Assembly: GCA_964057225.1 (NCBI GenBank)
Contig: OZ059897.1
Coordinates: forward strand, 14,632,001 to 14,696,000
DNA: 64,000 nt
Direction: 5' to 3'
From: Auanema rhodensis
Lineage: Eukaryota; Animalia; Nematoda
In this document: positions 1-13,229 of the stretch, one piece after another
Layout: each line of letters begins with the position of its first letter
How positions within the stretch are numbered: the stretch's first letter is position 1
Position numbers and translations under genes: made by a program
Notes under the pieces: model-generated
Told to the model about the DNA's origin: nothing
The model's database searches: none
Seen by the model: only the letters and a program-made list of their open reading frames with translations

Positions 1-45
1 ATAAACAAACAAACAAACAAAAATAAATATTATAAATATTATTAC

Positions 46-256
46 CTATGAACAACTGTACCATTTTCATCATTTCTACGAACAGCGTATTCACATTCAG
101 GATCAGGAAATCTATAATAAATATAATAATTAAAATATAAAATATGATAATATACCGTCCCATTGGTAATTCTATTATTTCTTCTGGAGAGAATATATGA
201 TCCTTATGTGTTTCAAATGCTAATACACAAGAGATGAAGAATAAGATAAGAATCAT
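46..256 (-). CDS. 5' part of a secreted cuticlin-like (ZP-C-like) protein; gene continues off the window's left edge
   Basis: ttttcag acceptor 3 nt before the ATG at 256. Exon 1 MILILFFISCVLAFETHKDHIFSPEEIIELPMGR (signal peptide) is followed by a GT-AG intron and exon 2 FPDPECEYAVRRNDENGTVVH, which resembles the P-x-C-x-Y start of the cuticlin ZP-C half. Confidence 0.6.
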
Positions 257-1981
257 GATCTGAAAATGAAATAAAATTTAAAAAATTTTTGAAAACTTTA
301 AATACTTAATAATTTATTTACTTTACAATATACTATATACTAGATTTAATTTAAATAACATGAATTAGTATAACGAAACTGGCCCTTAGGCTATTATTGG
401 GCATTCCAGACAAATATTTTTATGTCTGTTAAACAAGCTTTAAATTCAAAAAGTATGCTTGTTAACAAGAATATAAAGAAAATTCATGACAATAACGTTT
501 TAGAATAAGTTAATCAAACAATTTACGTAAAGATATTACTAACAAGATATATCCAAACAAAGAAAAATTGATAGAAAATCAGGCAATTTATTGATAAAAG
601 AATGATCCAAGGAAAACAAAGACAATTTTTCTTCGTTTTTTTTTATTGGAAATAGTTAGTTTTGAAGGTAATTGTAGTTTGCTTGCACTATTAGGTAAGT
701 CTTAGATTTTAATGAAAAGAACGATTAGAGGAATGAGAGAAAATACCTAGAAAATGATAGAATAATGAACTAAATTAGAGCATAAAGTTTAATTTATGGT
801 TTATAAAATGATTAAAAAAATGTTAAAGAGGAAAAGAAATCAATGAGATTGCTATGGATAGAAAGAATTGTAACTACATAAGAAACAGAAAAAAGGGGAG
901 AAGAGAGAAAGAGGGGGGGGGGGTGAAGTTAAGAGAGAGAGAGGGGGGGTCATAGTCTAGTGTATTTCTGATAATCGGTAAGACCTAATAAAGACGATAA
1001 TGTTGATGACGATGAAGAAAAAAAGAAAAAGAAGGAAGAATTAATGTGGTGATATAGTAGAGTGGATGGGAAAAGGAAGAATACAGACGAAAAGAAATGA
1101 AAGATGACTATCATTCAAAGCAGTGATGAAGACGATGAATATGAAGAAGAAGATGATGTTAATGCTGATGATTGTACTACTGATGAGAAAAGAATTATGT
1201 CGTTGAGAAAGTTGATGACCAATATATACATATAGAAATATAATAGATATCTATAATAATCTTTTAATAAGAGTTATTAAAGAAATATTTAGTAAAACTT
1301 GATCAATGCTCATCATGTTTAATATCAAAGTTGAAAATTTCAGTAATAAAATGGTAAATATAAAGTTTATGTACTTAATTAAACAAAAATATATTATATA
1401 TGTATGTATTTTAGTGAAAATTATATAAAATGATTATAATGATCAGGACATTTTCAAGTTTTATGTCTAATTTTTTAAACAGTTTTTTATTTAATTAAAT
1501 GTATTAGACTTCGATTTTTACATCAAAATAACATCGATTCCAATATTTTTAAAGTTATATGGATCTTTTAAACTTTCTTTTACAATTGCTTTTCCTCATT
1601 TCAAACTTTTTTTTTTCCAATTTCATACAATCAAACATTTCGATTAATTAAGGAAATTGCCTTTGATCTTTTCCTGGCATTAGAGTTGAGAAGTTTTAAG
1701 ACTGATGAACTTAACTAAGACTATGACTTTGTACTTTTTCATTTTAATATTTAATATAATTATAATAAAGATTAAATATTATTTTAGAATTAATCTTTAT
1801 ATATATATATATACATCAGACTGTGTGTATATGAATGTGTATATATGTGGATCTTCCTGTTTACTTTTTTACGTTTTTGCTTTCATATCTCTAGAATCAT
1901 ATGTGAATATATCTTACGTTTTGCCTTTGCATCTCATACATTCTTCATTTCTTCGTTTTGGTATCTGTTTCCTTTCCTCTT

Positions 1982-1985
<4 letters not shown>

Positions 1986-2021
<36 letters not shown>
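1986..2021. repeat. (CT)n microsatellite
   Basis: Direct reading of the sequence. Confidence 0.95.
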
Positions 2022-2028
<7 letters not shown>

Positions 2029-4894
2029 TTTATCTCTCTTACCCTCTTACCTTTTTACTCTCTTTCTCTAATTAATACTCGAATCGTACAATCATCTTCT
2101 TATACTTTCGTACCACTTTTCTCTAACACTACATGCAACTTTGTCTAGCTCAATGTTCCGATTTGTGCTAAGATAGATATGGTGTACTTAGTCTAGTGCT
2201 GCTACTTCTGATTTACCAATCAACTAGAAAGATTGTTTGAGATATTAGTTATTAGGTAAAGAAAGACAGTCACTACAGATATGATGAGAAAACGAGAGAG
2301 AGAGAGAGATAGAGAGAGAGAAAGATCATCGAGGTAGGATCAATTTTCGATCGTTAGCCAGCCATTCATCTATCAGTCTAACTGTTGACAGTTATATAGG
2401 ATTATCATCAGCTTGAATGTCATTATCGTCACCTTATATCAGCTAACTATGCGTAACTATCCATATAATCTCTAATAATTTGAAATTTATTTTTTATTTA
2501 ATTTCCATTCTTCATCCGATATCCATTATCCTTGAATTGCGATCAATTATTTACATATGTTTTTCATTTTTCTTTTTTCTTTTGTAAACTTTGACAGGGG
2601 GAAGAGAAAATAGAGACAACTATACATACAATAGGGAGGGAAAGATTAGGATATATATAACGAGAGAGAGAGAGAGAGAGAAAAAGATTAAAGAGAGAGA
2701 GAAAGAAAGAAAGAGAGGATGGATTGGGATATAGAATTGACGTAAAGAATTCGCTATGGAACCGCACATATTGAATAGTTGATCTAAGGCTTTCAAGTTC
2801 TAAATTTCTTTGCTTTGAAAATCACAAAGCGTTGTTTTCCTGTTTAACTATAGCAGAAATAAAATATATGTTATGCTTTTAAACTTTTCTTGAAGATTTA
2901 AAATTTCAATTACTTTAAACATCCAAAATTTAACAAATTCCATTATTCTTTACTATGTTTCATTAATATTTTAACTATTCTTTTCTTCTTTTCTTTCTTC
3001 TTTAAAATCTATTCTGATGTCATCGCTCTATGCCATTTCAAATCGAATCAATGAATGTAGTTTGAAAAATAGATTTTTTTCTTTTGATGGCCAAACTACT
3101 TAAGAATCAGTTGACAAGGTTTCTTAGTACATGTCCTTGACCATTAACAGTCTTTTGGTCCAGCATCATTGATTTTAATTTGATATCATCATTGTTATCT
3201 TTGAAATTTACCACATTTTTCATAAATTTTGTGTTCGAAATCTTATTTTGTTAAGTTCTTTAGTCATTTTATTCATATTTCTTTTGAACATCAGCAAAAA
3301 AAAATATGAAGGAAGAATTGTGACGGCAAGGCTATGTTTAATCTCATCTTTCAAAATTTTTGTTTATTTTTCCAAAAAAAAAAACAATGTTTTTAGTTGG
3401 ATATATTGGCAGTTCATGTGATTCTTCGTTTCATCTTCGTCTTTCCGGACTCTTTCACTTGTATTCTTCATTTTCATTGTATTCATGTTTCTTATTTATC
3501 TAAAGTTTATTTTTTTCGTTTTAAATCAGAATATATGATATCTTCTTATATTTGGAAAAATAAACTTTTTCCTTTCTTTTGATGATGTTGTCAATCTATT
3601 TGATTTCATTTTCTTCTCAATCTCAAGCTTTAACACATTGTTCCGTCACCCTTTTTGCTCCTCGTTTTATTTTGTTTTTTCTCTTTGTAGTGCCATTCAA
3701 CTCCTTCTCTTTGTCTGTCTGCTTGGTTGGCTGTCTGGATGGCCAGTAGCTCTCTCTCTCTCTCTATCTCTCTCTTTCGCCTTCCCTTACTCCCTCAATC
3801 ACTCCCTCCTCTCTCTTTCAGCCTGTTTGTCCATCGTCAGTGTTGTCCTCTCAACTCCGCCTTCACTGCCATCGTCACCATCACCATCATCACCATGATC
3901 AACAACATCATCAGCTTGATGATGAGGATGATGTTGTTTATCAACACTGGTCATTCCACCGTCATCAGTGTCTTCATCACCCTTAACCTATGCTTTAGAG
4001 CAGTCATCAATATTGTCAAAGCCATGCTTGTCATTTTCATTTTCCTCTCAAAGCTAATCACTTCGAGTGCTCGTTTGTTGTGAGCCATGATACAATTGAG
4101 CAGCCCCGTTCACCATTCCTCTCCTCCATCACTCATAACCGTGAGCATAGTGTTCGCCTATGTCATAGTTCATCACATTCTTTCTTCTTGTTCCTCATGT
4201 TCAATTCCTCGTGCTTTATCCTTATTTTTGGTCGTTTTTTTCGCTTCGTTTTCTCCTTTCATTTTGAACGAATATCCTCTTATTCGCATTTGTGTCGTCT
4301 TTTCCTACTTTTCACACTCATCGTCATCCTGTCAGTCTCATTTCTCTTCTTCCTCGTCGGCTTTTTTTAAATTGCCGTATATATATATATATACATATAT
4401 GATGTGAAATAATATTAAAACATACGTATAACTCATATATTTGTTTTCTATTCTATTATCTTTCAAAGTGTGTTGAAATCTTTCAGATTCACAGAGTTTG
4501 AGAATTAGAAATGTTGTTACGATGTTTTTGTTTTTGTTCTTTCTCATCCTTTCTCAATCCAACTCTTAAAATTATGTTCTTCGATATTTCTCGCCTATTC
4601 CTCTTCCCCCTCTCCCTCTATCTCTCTAACTCTTCCTATCTGTTGCAACATAACTATTCCGAACTTACCAATTTGCCACATCTGTCATCTATCTTCATAC
4701 ATGCTATCCTTTACATACGTTTCCGACTTTACCTCTTTTAGAAGTTCTACTCCAGGATCTAACAACTTCCGACGACATTGCTGTGTCTTCCAGATTTGCG
4801 CTAGTGAGTTTTCAATAACTTTGTTATATTTTGAAAACTTTTTTTTTCTGTTCATATATTTCCTTGAAACATGTGTTATGTTGTAGTTGAAGCC

Positions 4895-7203
4895 ATGAGC
4901 CTTCTGATCAGCATCGTGCTGCTTCCTTTTTTGATTTTCGCTGACGATGAGATTGCTAGCTCTTCTTCAACAACTTGTCCACTCTTCTGGAGTTCACGCC
5001 AAAATCTTGGATATGGACAAGGAGTCCAGGTAGAAATTTCTCATTAGTCTATGTTTTATAAAAAAATTGTTTTTTTGACCACTTTTTGGTTTTTTTTACT
5101 GCTTACTCAAATCTTTTGGAGAATATTTGTCTTAGTTTTGAGGTGGTAATGACAAACATCACTTGAACTGGGCCTATTAATCCCTTGAGGGCAAATAAGT
5201 GTCATTTCAAAGCTTGAAAAAGGACAATATATTGCCTTCGTAAAGCCCATATTCCATGATCATTCTGGTTTTTTTCTTGAAGAAAAAAAAAGATTTTGCA
5301 ATTACAGCTTCAAGTTTGTTGCAATGTGTCACGGGTTCGTATCTGGTCATTTCAAGACATAGGCTCATTCTCTCAGCCATCTATAGCATATGAAGAGAAA
5401 TTCCCGAATCCTCAAGAAGCAGATATGTGGACAGACTTACAGGTATTTCAAAAATTATAATATTTATGTATTAATCTTTGATGATTTGTTGAATTTCACA
5501 GTATTTTGATTGATTTTTATTCTTTTTTTTTTTGTTTTATTTCAACATCATTATTCTTTTTGCCTCTTGTGTCTTTGACTAAAAGTCGCTTTTAAATCTT
5601 TTGAAGTGGTTTTGAGTGTGAATACACGACTTCAGGACCAACTGAAACCTCAGCTTTGAACTGACAAGTCAATGCTGTGTGGTGGACAAGCCGAAAGGAT
5701 GATGAATCGGTTGCTCATGCGATTAGCTAGCAGCTGTTGTAGTAATATCCTCATCTGAGCTATAGGTTCTGAGTCGATTTTTGGCTACAAAGGGTGTTTG
5801 AAGCTTGAAAATTAAAAAAAAACAGAATATAGTCGATATAGTTATATCTTTTGGCTCTACTTGTTTATTTTTATACACCAGCAAGTAGATGAGTAGCATT
5901 AGATTTTGCCGGATGTTCACGTGAGTAGCGTGAGCTTCCGATGACAACCCATTGGAACTCATTTTTGGAATAATCTATACTTTGAGTGGTTGCATTGTTT
6001 TTATATTATAAAAAGTATTTCCTATATCTAAATTCATGTAAAATCAACAAAATATTTGTATTTAGAACTGATATATGTTTTTGGTTTCTTTACTTATTGG
6101 TATAAAAAATATTTTTTATAATAAAGTTTTATAAAATATAAAATATATATTATAGGGTTTTTCTTTCAAATTTATTTCAGTCATTTCAGCTATCCATTTG
6201 CTCGGATCGTAGTGAGCCAACGATAGGATGGGTAGGATCACGTCCTGGAGTTACTTGTCAACATCGAAAGGGACAAGTATTAACTATTCCAACAGGTGGT
6301 TATATAATAATTATATTTTTTATTTATTTTTAAAAATTTTATTAAACAAATTATTTTTCTATAAAAAAAAACTGGATAAATATATTTATAATTTATATTG
6401 TATTTAGGTGCTTTATCACTACCTGGATGGTATCTCATATGTTATATAATGCCCGATGGATGTCAGACTTGTCTGTATGTTTGATTATCTTGTTTAAAGA
6501 AGATTAAAAAAATATTTTATTATGTTATTCAATTGAATATTTTCAGATTGGATATACTATGTGAAAATGAATTTACTGATTCATGTTCTGATAAACACAT
6601 TCTGAGCTCATCACCTGTCTCATCTAATTCGACTATCGACTATTGGGTTCAAATTGGAAAGAAATTTCCATTTTCTAATTCAGCCAGTGTTGAAGTTAGT
6701 GTACGACATCAGCGAACGAAGAATTTTGTGACAACAGAATACATGAAAGCTCAAGTAAGGCCCTTTTATCATTATTTCTGAGTTTATTTGTGAAAATGCT
6801 AGATAATTTGGCTTTTCTTCAACGATTTGCCTCCAAAAAAGCCGGGAGAGAAAGAGGGGTTGGAGGGAGGGTGAAGGATATTAGGAACAAATGCTCTGAG
6901 AAAAAGATAAAATGAAATGCTAAATCATGTTCTTTTCAGACTAATACAACTACAACTATAACAATACATGATTTGAAAGCTCACGAATTTTATAATATTA
7001 AGAGATGTCTACGTGTTCGATTACCAGCTGCTCTCGTATCAGATTCACGTTTTAGTTTTTCAGAAGAATTAAAAACTAATGGCTCATTATTCTGTATTGA
7101 AGAAATGTATCGAACATTACGTAATTCATCATCAAAACAATCATTTTCAAATTTGATTATAGCAATCCATTTAGCTCTATTTTTAATTTTTTTTGCTCAT
7201 TAA
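4895..7203 (+). CDS. Uncharacterised Cys-containing secreted, probably GPI-anchored protein (6 coding exons)
   Basis: Exons ~4895-5029, 5308-5442, 6181-6295, 6408-6474, 6547-6753 and 6940-7203 join in frame via GT-AG introns. Signal peptide MSLLISIVLLPFLIFA; C-terminus RNSSSKQSFSNLIIAIHLALFLIFFAH* looks like a GPI signal. Probable 5'-UTR exon at ~4742-4803. Confidence 0.8.
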
Positions 7204-8130
7204 TACTATATATACATAATATTATCATAGAGATTTGCATAGAATTTTATCAGTTTTTAGCAAAATTTCATGAAAAATTACAATTTTTCACGAAAACTGC
7301 TAAACGACAAAGTTTTGACCTCAGGATATCGATTATAAGATAACGAGATCATTTCTTTTGATGTTCTGTAGTTTTTCCTAATATTTCTATGGCCTGTCCG
7401 CTTTTCTTAAGGACGCTGACTAGCTAGCTAACCGAAACTACTCCTTATCATTGATTTTTTTATTTGTCAACAACAACAACAACAACAATATCCACAAAAT
7501 CCACAATATCTCTGCATTACCCAATGATCATTCTCATCAATCAGATTGTGATATATTTTGTTTTTTAATTGTTTCTCTGGAAATAATTAACACAAATCTT
7601 TTAACACTTTTCCGTTTCATTATCACTTTAGATGCCTTGCCATCTTTTACTTTAATCATTCATTACTTTCTACATAATACTATAGATGTTTTTTTTGTTT
7701 TATAATTTAGAAGATACTGTATATTTATATTTTTTCAACATTTTTTCTTCTTTTGTATTTATACGACAAGTTCATGATAGCATACTTTGTGCACACTTTG
7801 CTGTGACCTCGTTGATTACTGGTATACAACGGTCAATATTTCGTTTACTTGTTTTGATTTATTAATGAAAAATTTATTATTTATATTGTTTATTATAAAA
7901 AAAAAGAAAAAAATAGAATTATTCTACTACAAACATAAATAAATAGATCTCGTTCATTTAATGAGAATTGAGATACATTGTTGAATACAAAAAAAAAAAG
8001 AGAAGAAATATGAAAGTTTGTAAAATGAAAAGAAGCAATTGAAGATATGATATAACATTTTTGAAAATGTTTTGTTTTGAAAGTTATTCTAATAATTTCT
8101 TATTATCATGGTATATTATAACCTAATTAC

Positions 8131-8932
8131 TTAAGCTGGATTAGCTCCAGAAGGGAAAGGATATCCAGTTGAACTTGGTGGTACTCCTGGTTGAGCAGTA
8201 GCCTAAAAAAAGTTGTTAGATAACTAACTCTATGATAAGATATCATATTATAGTTAAATATGATATTAAAATAATATTATACCTGATTGTTATGAGAGTT
8301 AAAAGAAGACGTTGGTGAAACTCTCTCTCTATACCATAGGTAAGCATTGTATCCAAATGTTAAGAATAATAAAGCAGATGAACCCTATAATAAATATAAT
8401 ATTATAAATAAATAAATAAATGATAATAATAATATTTTTTTAAATTTTAAAATTAAAAAAAACTCACAGTTCCAAGTACGAACCAAAAGTTGAATGGAGT
8501 GAAGATATTAACAAGAAAATAGAAAGTATTAATACCAGACGAAATAGTAAAAACACCAGAATATATTAGTTCCTAAAGCAAAAAAAATGTATAAATAACA
8601 TATCTATCTATCTATATCATATAGTTAGTAAAATAAATTAAAAACATACTGCTAATGGCCAATAAGGTGATTTAGTAACTATTGCTATATTCAAAGCAAA
8701 TGCAATAAATACAAGTGCAGAAAAGATTAACATTAAAATTGTGGTAGTCATAGTAAACCAGCCAAAAGCATGGTATGGTGGACTGAATAGAAATATCATT
8801 TGTAGAATAACCACAAACTGAAAATAAAATAAGTTATTATAAGTTATAATTGAAAAGAACTTTTGTTTAAAAACTTACCAAACTGAATGGCTTGATGACA
8901 TGAGGCAAAGTTTTAAAATCTTCAGTACTCAT
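8131..8932 (-). CDS. Small four-transmembrane (MARVEL-like) protein, 5 exons
   Basis: MSTEDFKTLPHVIKPFSL / FVVILQMIFLFSPPYHAFGWFTMTTTILMLIFSALVFIAFALNIAIVTKSPYWPLA / ELIYSGVFTISSGINTFYFLVNIFTPFNFWFVLGT / GSSALLFLTFGYNAYLWYRER... / Pro-rich tail ending ANPA*. Canonical introns; ttttcag just upstream of the ATG. Confidence 0.75.
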
Positions 8933-11035
8933 TGTTAACTGAAAAAATAATTAAAATAATACTATAGAAGCAGAAAGAATAAGATAAATTAGTAAATTCA
9001 ATTATTTTGATTTAAATTTCAAAAGAGAATTAATGATATCATTAATAATGATAAGATATACTAATACAACAATATGATTTTAATGTGAAATTCTACAATT
9101 CAATTGAATTGGTCAATCATTGATGTCAGACAACATGATGAGGCAGACAGATAAAAGAAACAAAACTGTTGAAATGGCTACTTTATGATGTTGAAAATGA
9201 TGATGAAATGAAATGGCAAGAAATATGAAAAAGGAACAGGTGACAGTAAAAGAGGTGGGCCGACGACGATGATGTTAGGATGAGGTATAAACGGTTGCAA
9301 GGGCTGATATGGTGGCGCAGAGAAGTGAGCAGAAAACCCAAATATCATTCAAACATTTATTTTCAATATACATAGGAAAGGAGGACAATGTATGAACAAC
9401 ATGAAAACAATATTATAATATTTAAAATTATGATTTCATCATCACCAAAAGTTTTGTTGAACAAAAAATTTAAATATGATCGATGTTTATAAACGATTAA
9501 GAGAGTTGAAACGAAGGTGAAGCATGAAAGAAATACGATGAGATGAGGATGAATGAGGATAGAAAGCATGATGAATCGAATTATATAAAGGATGTACAAA
9601 TATAAATATATTTCTCATATTCAATATTCAATATAATTTTTTTTTAAAAATAAACTAAAAGAAAATTTGAAATTTGAAATAGTAATACACATTTTTGATA
9701 ATCTAACAGCTATTTAAGGAGTTTGATACAAACCATTATCACATTCAGTACCATTTCTATATAGAAATATTAATCAATACTATGTGTCACTAATTATAAA
9801 ATATTAATTTATAACTAAATACATATGATTAAAGATATAATTCGTGAATGCATAACTATATGTATAGTTAAACGTATTTTTAAAACATGCCATATAGTTA
9901 AGAATGGGGTGTTTCATGTTGATATCATGTAGCTCAGTGGTAAAAATTAATAAAGTTTATGATGTCCAAAGAATGTAAAAGGAAAGAAAAAGACAATGTT
10001 GCAGAGAGAAATAAAAAAAATGTTCTCTCTCTCTCTCTCACTCACTCTCACTCTCTCTCTGCATATTATCTCTCAGTTATTATCTGATTCTTTAAATCAA
10101 ACTTGTATGACCATTACATATAAAACATTGATTCAGAAGCATTTTCTATTCAAAGAAAATAAAAATATAATGTTCTGATGTTTAATATTGACGGATTTTT
10201 GATAATAATATATCATGAGTGACAGAATAGGACACGTTACTAAGAGTTTGAAGCCTGTTTGCTCAGATGAAAGCATTGACAACACGATTGTGAAAAGGAA
10301 ATGATGAAATAGTTTTATGTATTATGAGAGTTAGACGATCACACAAAGCACAAAACTCATCTCTGAATTCGTTTGCTTCATCTCTGGTAATCTGAGTCAG
10401 ACGGTGATGGAAATTTAACGCAAAAAGTCATCCATCGGCTGTCTTCATCATCCTACTCATGATCGAAATCAGATTCAAAAGAATTTTTATGTAAATTTAA
10501 AGAATAAAATGTTATAGTTAAGTTTTATATAATAAACTTGTTTACAAGCATTATATAAAACAAATAACAAAACAAAGAAATTTGTCTTCAACATAAAAAA
10601 ATAGTTTGTTATCAAACATTATTGATTGATTGTTTGTTTAAAATTATATATACTAATACATATAATAGTATATTATAAAAATAAAAATATAATTAATGAA
10701 TTTGAAAGTTAAAAAATATTATTTGAAAACGTGGAAAGTAATATGTTCAACGTTGAAAATATATTAATTGAGCAAGAAATCGAAACTGCAATAAACTTGT
10801 GCTCTTTACGAAATTAAAACATTGATTGATCTATTTTACAAAGTTGAAAAAATCTTTTTTTTTCTTTTAATTATGAGTCAGAATTAAAAAAAAGAAACAA
10901 ATAGATAAAGCTTTTTCTCATTGAAACTATTTGAAGCTAGAAGTGAAATATAAATAAGTCACCATTTCAAAAAGAGGGAACTTGAGAGATATCAAATGAG
11001 AGAACATGTGAGAGAGAGGGAAAATAGAAAGAAAA

Positions 11036-11110
<75 letters not shown>
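11036..11110. repeat. Interrupted (GA)n microsatellite
   Basis: Direct reading of the sequence. Confidence 0.95.
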
Positions 11111-11113
<3 letters not shown>

Positions 11114-11622
11114 AGTGAATGAACAGGTAGAGAGATGTGGAAGAATGACGAATGTGGAAAAAAGAAGTATGGCTGAGCAAATAGTAAACGTTGGCATCGA
11201 TATCATCTCTTGGTGACCCTGTGTGTCACATCAAATTTAGTATAGATATTATTAAAATATATTTAACAAAAGTAATATTAGTTATTATATTATTTTTATA
11301 AAAAAACATTTAAGTTAAAATATAAATAATTATGTGTATTAATAATGTTTTAAGTATAATAATAAAAAATTTATAATCAGCTTTTCTTTCTTTATCAGTA
11401 TTTTGGAAGAGAAATATCAAAGTTAACAGTGAACTTTGAGAATTTATCAGTTTCTTTCGATATTTAATGAAAACAGAAAGAAATATATTTATTTAAATAT
11501 TAATTTAGATGATATTTTTTAAGATTTCTATTAATATTATTATATTTATGTAAATTTTAACTTTAATTTATGTAAATAAAACATTCCAGTTCTTTATATC
11601 CTATTCTTTATATGTTAAACCT

Positions 11623-12960
11623 TTGTATTTGATTTAATTTTTATAAATTATGTGATATGATAAATAATTTAATTGTAAAATTTATTTATTTTATTATACA
11701 AATATCTTAATTTTAATATAAAATTTATAATAATTAAATATATGCATATTATTAATTGATATTACATAGTAATTAAAAAAAAAATAAATAAGATTGTAAA
11801 CTCTTATGTTATAAATAGATTCATAATCTTAAGATAATTTCTTCTTTTTTTGCGAAAAAATGCAAAAAAAACGGATTTTTAATGTTTTTTCTTCAAAGTA
11901 ATTACTGAGTTATGCAACTTTGTTTTCGAGAGTTACGTGCTTCCTCCAACACTGACTTCTTTCGTCTCTCACATCGAACTTGTTCTAAAGCGAATCGTTG
12001 TCCAGTTGCAAATGAATCTTCAAATACTTCATCCAATCCTTCCTACAAACATTAAAGTTTTGTGTTGAATTATCAACTTGAACGAAATGAACATGAAAAT
12101 TAAAAAACTTACTGCTGTTGTAGCTGAGCATTCCAGATATCGAATTGCTCCTATTTGCTTCGCAAAAATCTCAGCTTGACTTAAAGCCATTGGTTGATCA
12201 TTACTGAAACGGAGGTTCCAATTACAAAACAAAATGTTTTTGTGGAATTTGTTTATAAAAAGAAGAATAAATGTATATGTATATATGAGTATTATCAGGT
12301 GTCAAACGAATTTATAGTATTTTTGAACTCAAAAGTGTTATTTTGGCCATTTTTTGCTTCCTCTTTACAATTACATCAAAGATTAAAAGCTAATGTTTTT
12401 GATATAAATTAACTAAAAATAGATTTTAATGTACAATTTTTTGTTTAAAAAATTAAGAAAAACTAACTCTTCCGATCCTTCTTTTAAATATTTTGTCCTT
12501 TTATCAATTTGAGTACCAACAACAACGAAAGGAACAGTTCCAACATGATCTTTGATTGACATCATTAACTGAAAATAAATTATAAAATTAAATATTATAA
12601 CTATATTATTATAAAATATTTTATTTTATTTAGAATAATGAAGAAAAAAAAACATTTTGTATATTTAATTTGTATTTTTAAAACAAAAAAAAAATAATTT
12701 TTTTATCTCATTTATCACTTTTATTTCTGTTTTTTTTTTCAGAAAAAAAAATCTCCTTCCCTAATATATGTCTTCATGTTATGAACTATGTACATATGTT
12801 TGAGAAATGTTGTTTGATCTTGTCCTCTACCAACAAATCAACTTTGTATCTGATTCTAACAAGAAATATTCCAAACGTATCGTAGCTTATCTTGTTGGCA
12901 AGCAGACGATAATGTGATGAACGAACATCGAAGGAATGAATATTAGATATGAAGCTATAT
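11623..12960 (+). repeat. Direct repeat copy 1 (~1.34 kb) of 21639-22977
   Basis: Visual alignment at offset 10016-10017 shows only ~4 differences (g11631/a, c11841/t, one poly-A indel, c12473/a). The ORF track gives identical translations at 12029/22046 and 12194/22211. Confidence 0.95.
11902..12568 (-). pseudogene. Duplicated 3' half (exons 3-5) of the Cdc42/Rho-like gene, lacking exons 1-2
   Basis: Same exons as 21919-22585 (GTQIDKR, YLECSA, CITQ*). Upstream sequence diverges at 12961. Confidence 0.8.
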
Positions 12961-13143
12961 TAAATTATTTATCATATGACTTCATAAAAATAAAATCAAA
13001 TACAAAGGATTAGCATATAAAGAATAGACTGGAATGTTTTATTCACATAAATTAAAGGTTAAATTTTTATTTTATTGAAAATGTGTTTATATTGAACAAA
13101 AACATGCCATTTTATAAATTTTTTTTTAATTTTATAGGTACTG

Positions 13144-13229
13144 CTGCCAACGATGAGGAGATCGATGCTTTGGAACACATCACATTTGTTTGATGTGTTC
13201 CAAAGCATCGATCTCCTCATCGTTGGCAG
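13144..13229. repeat. Perfect 39-bp-arm inverted repeat with an 8-nt loop
   Basis: ctgccaacgatgaggagatcgatgctttggaacacatca-catttgtt-tgatgtgttccaaagcatcgatctcctcatcgttggcag. Confidence 0.95.

Noticed and set aside
1705-4886. Cluster of hydrophobic ORFs in the ORF track (e.g. 1705-2148, 3638-4407)
   Set aside because: They arise from CT/GA microsatellites and pyrimidine-rich intergenic sequence, with no splice structure or family motifs.
10967-11206. SLSLSL ORFs
   Set aside because: Translation of a (GA)n microsatellite.
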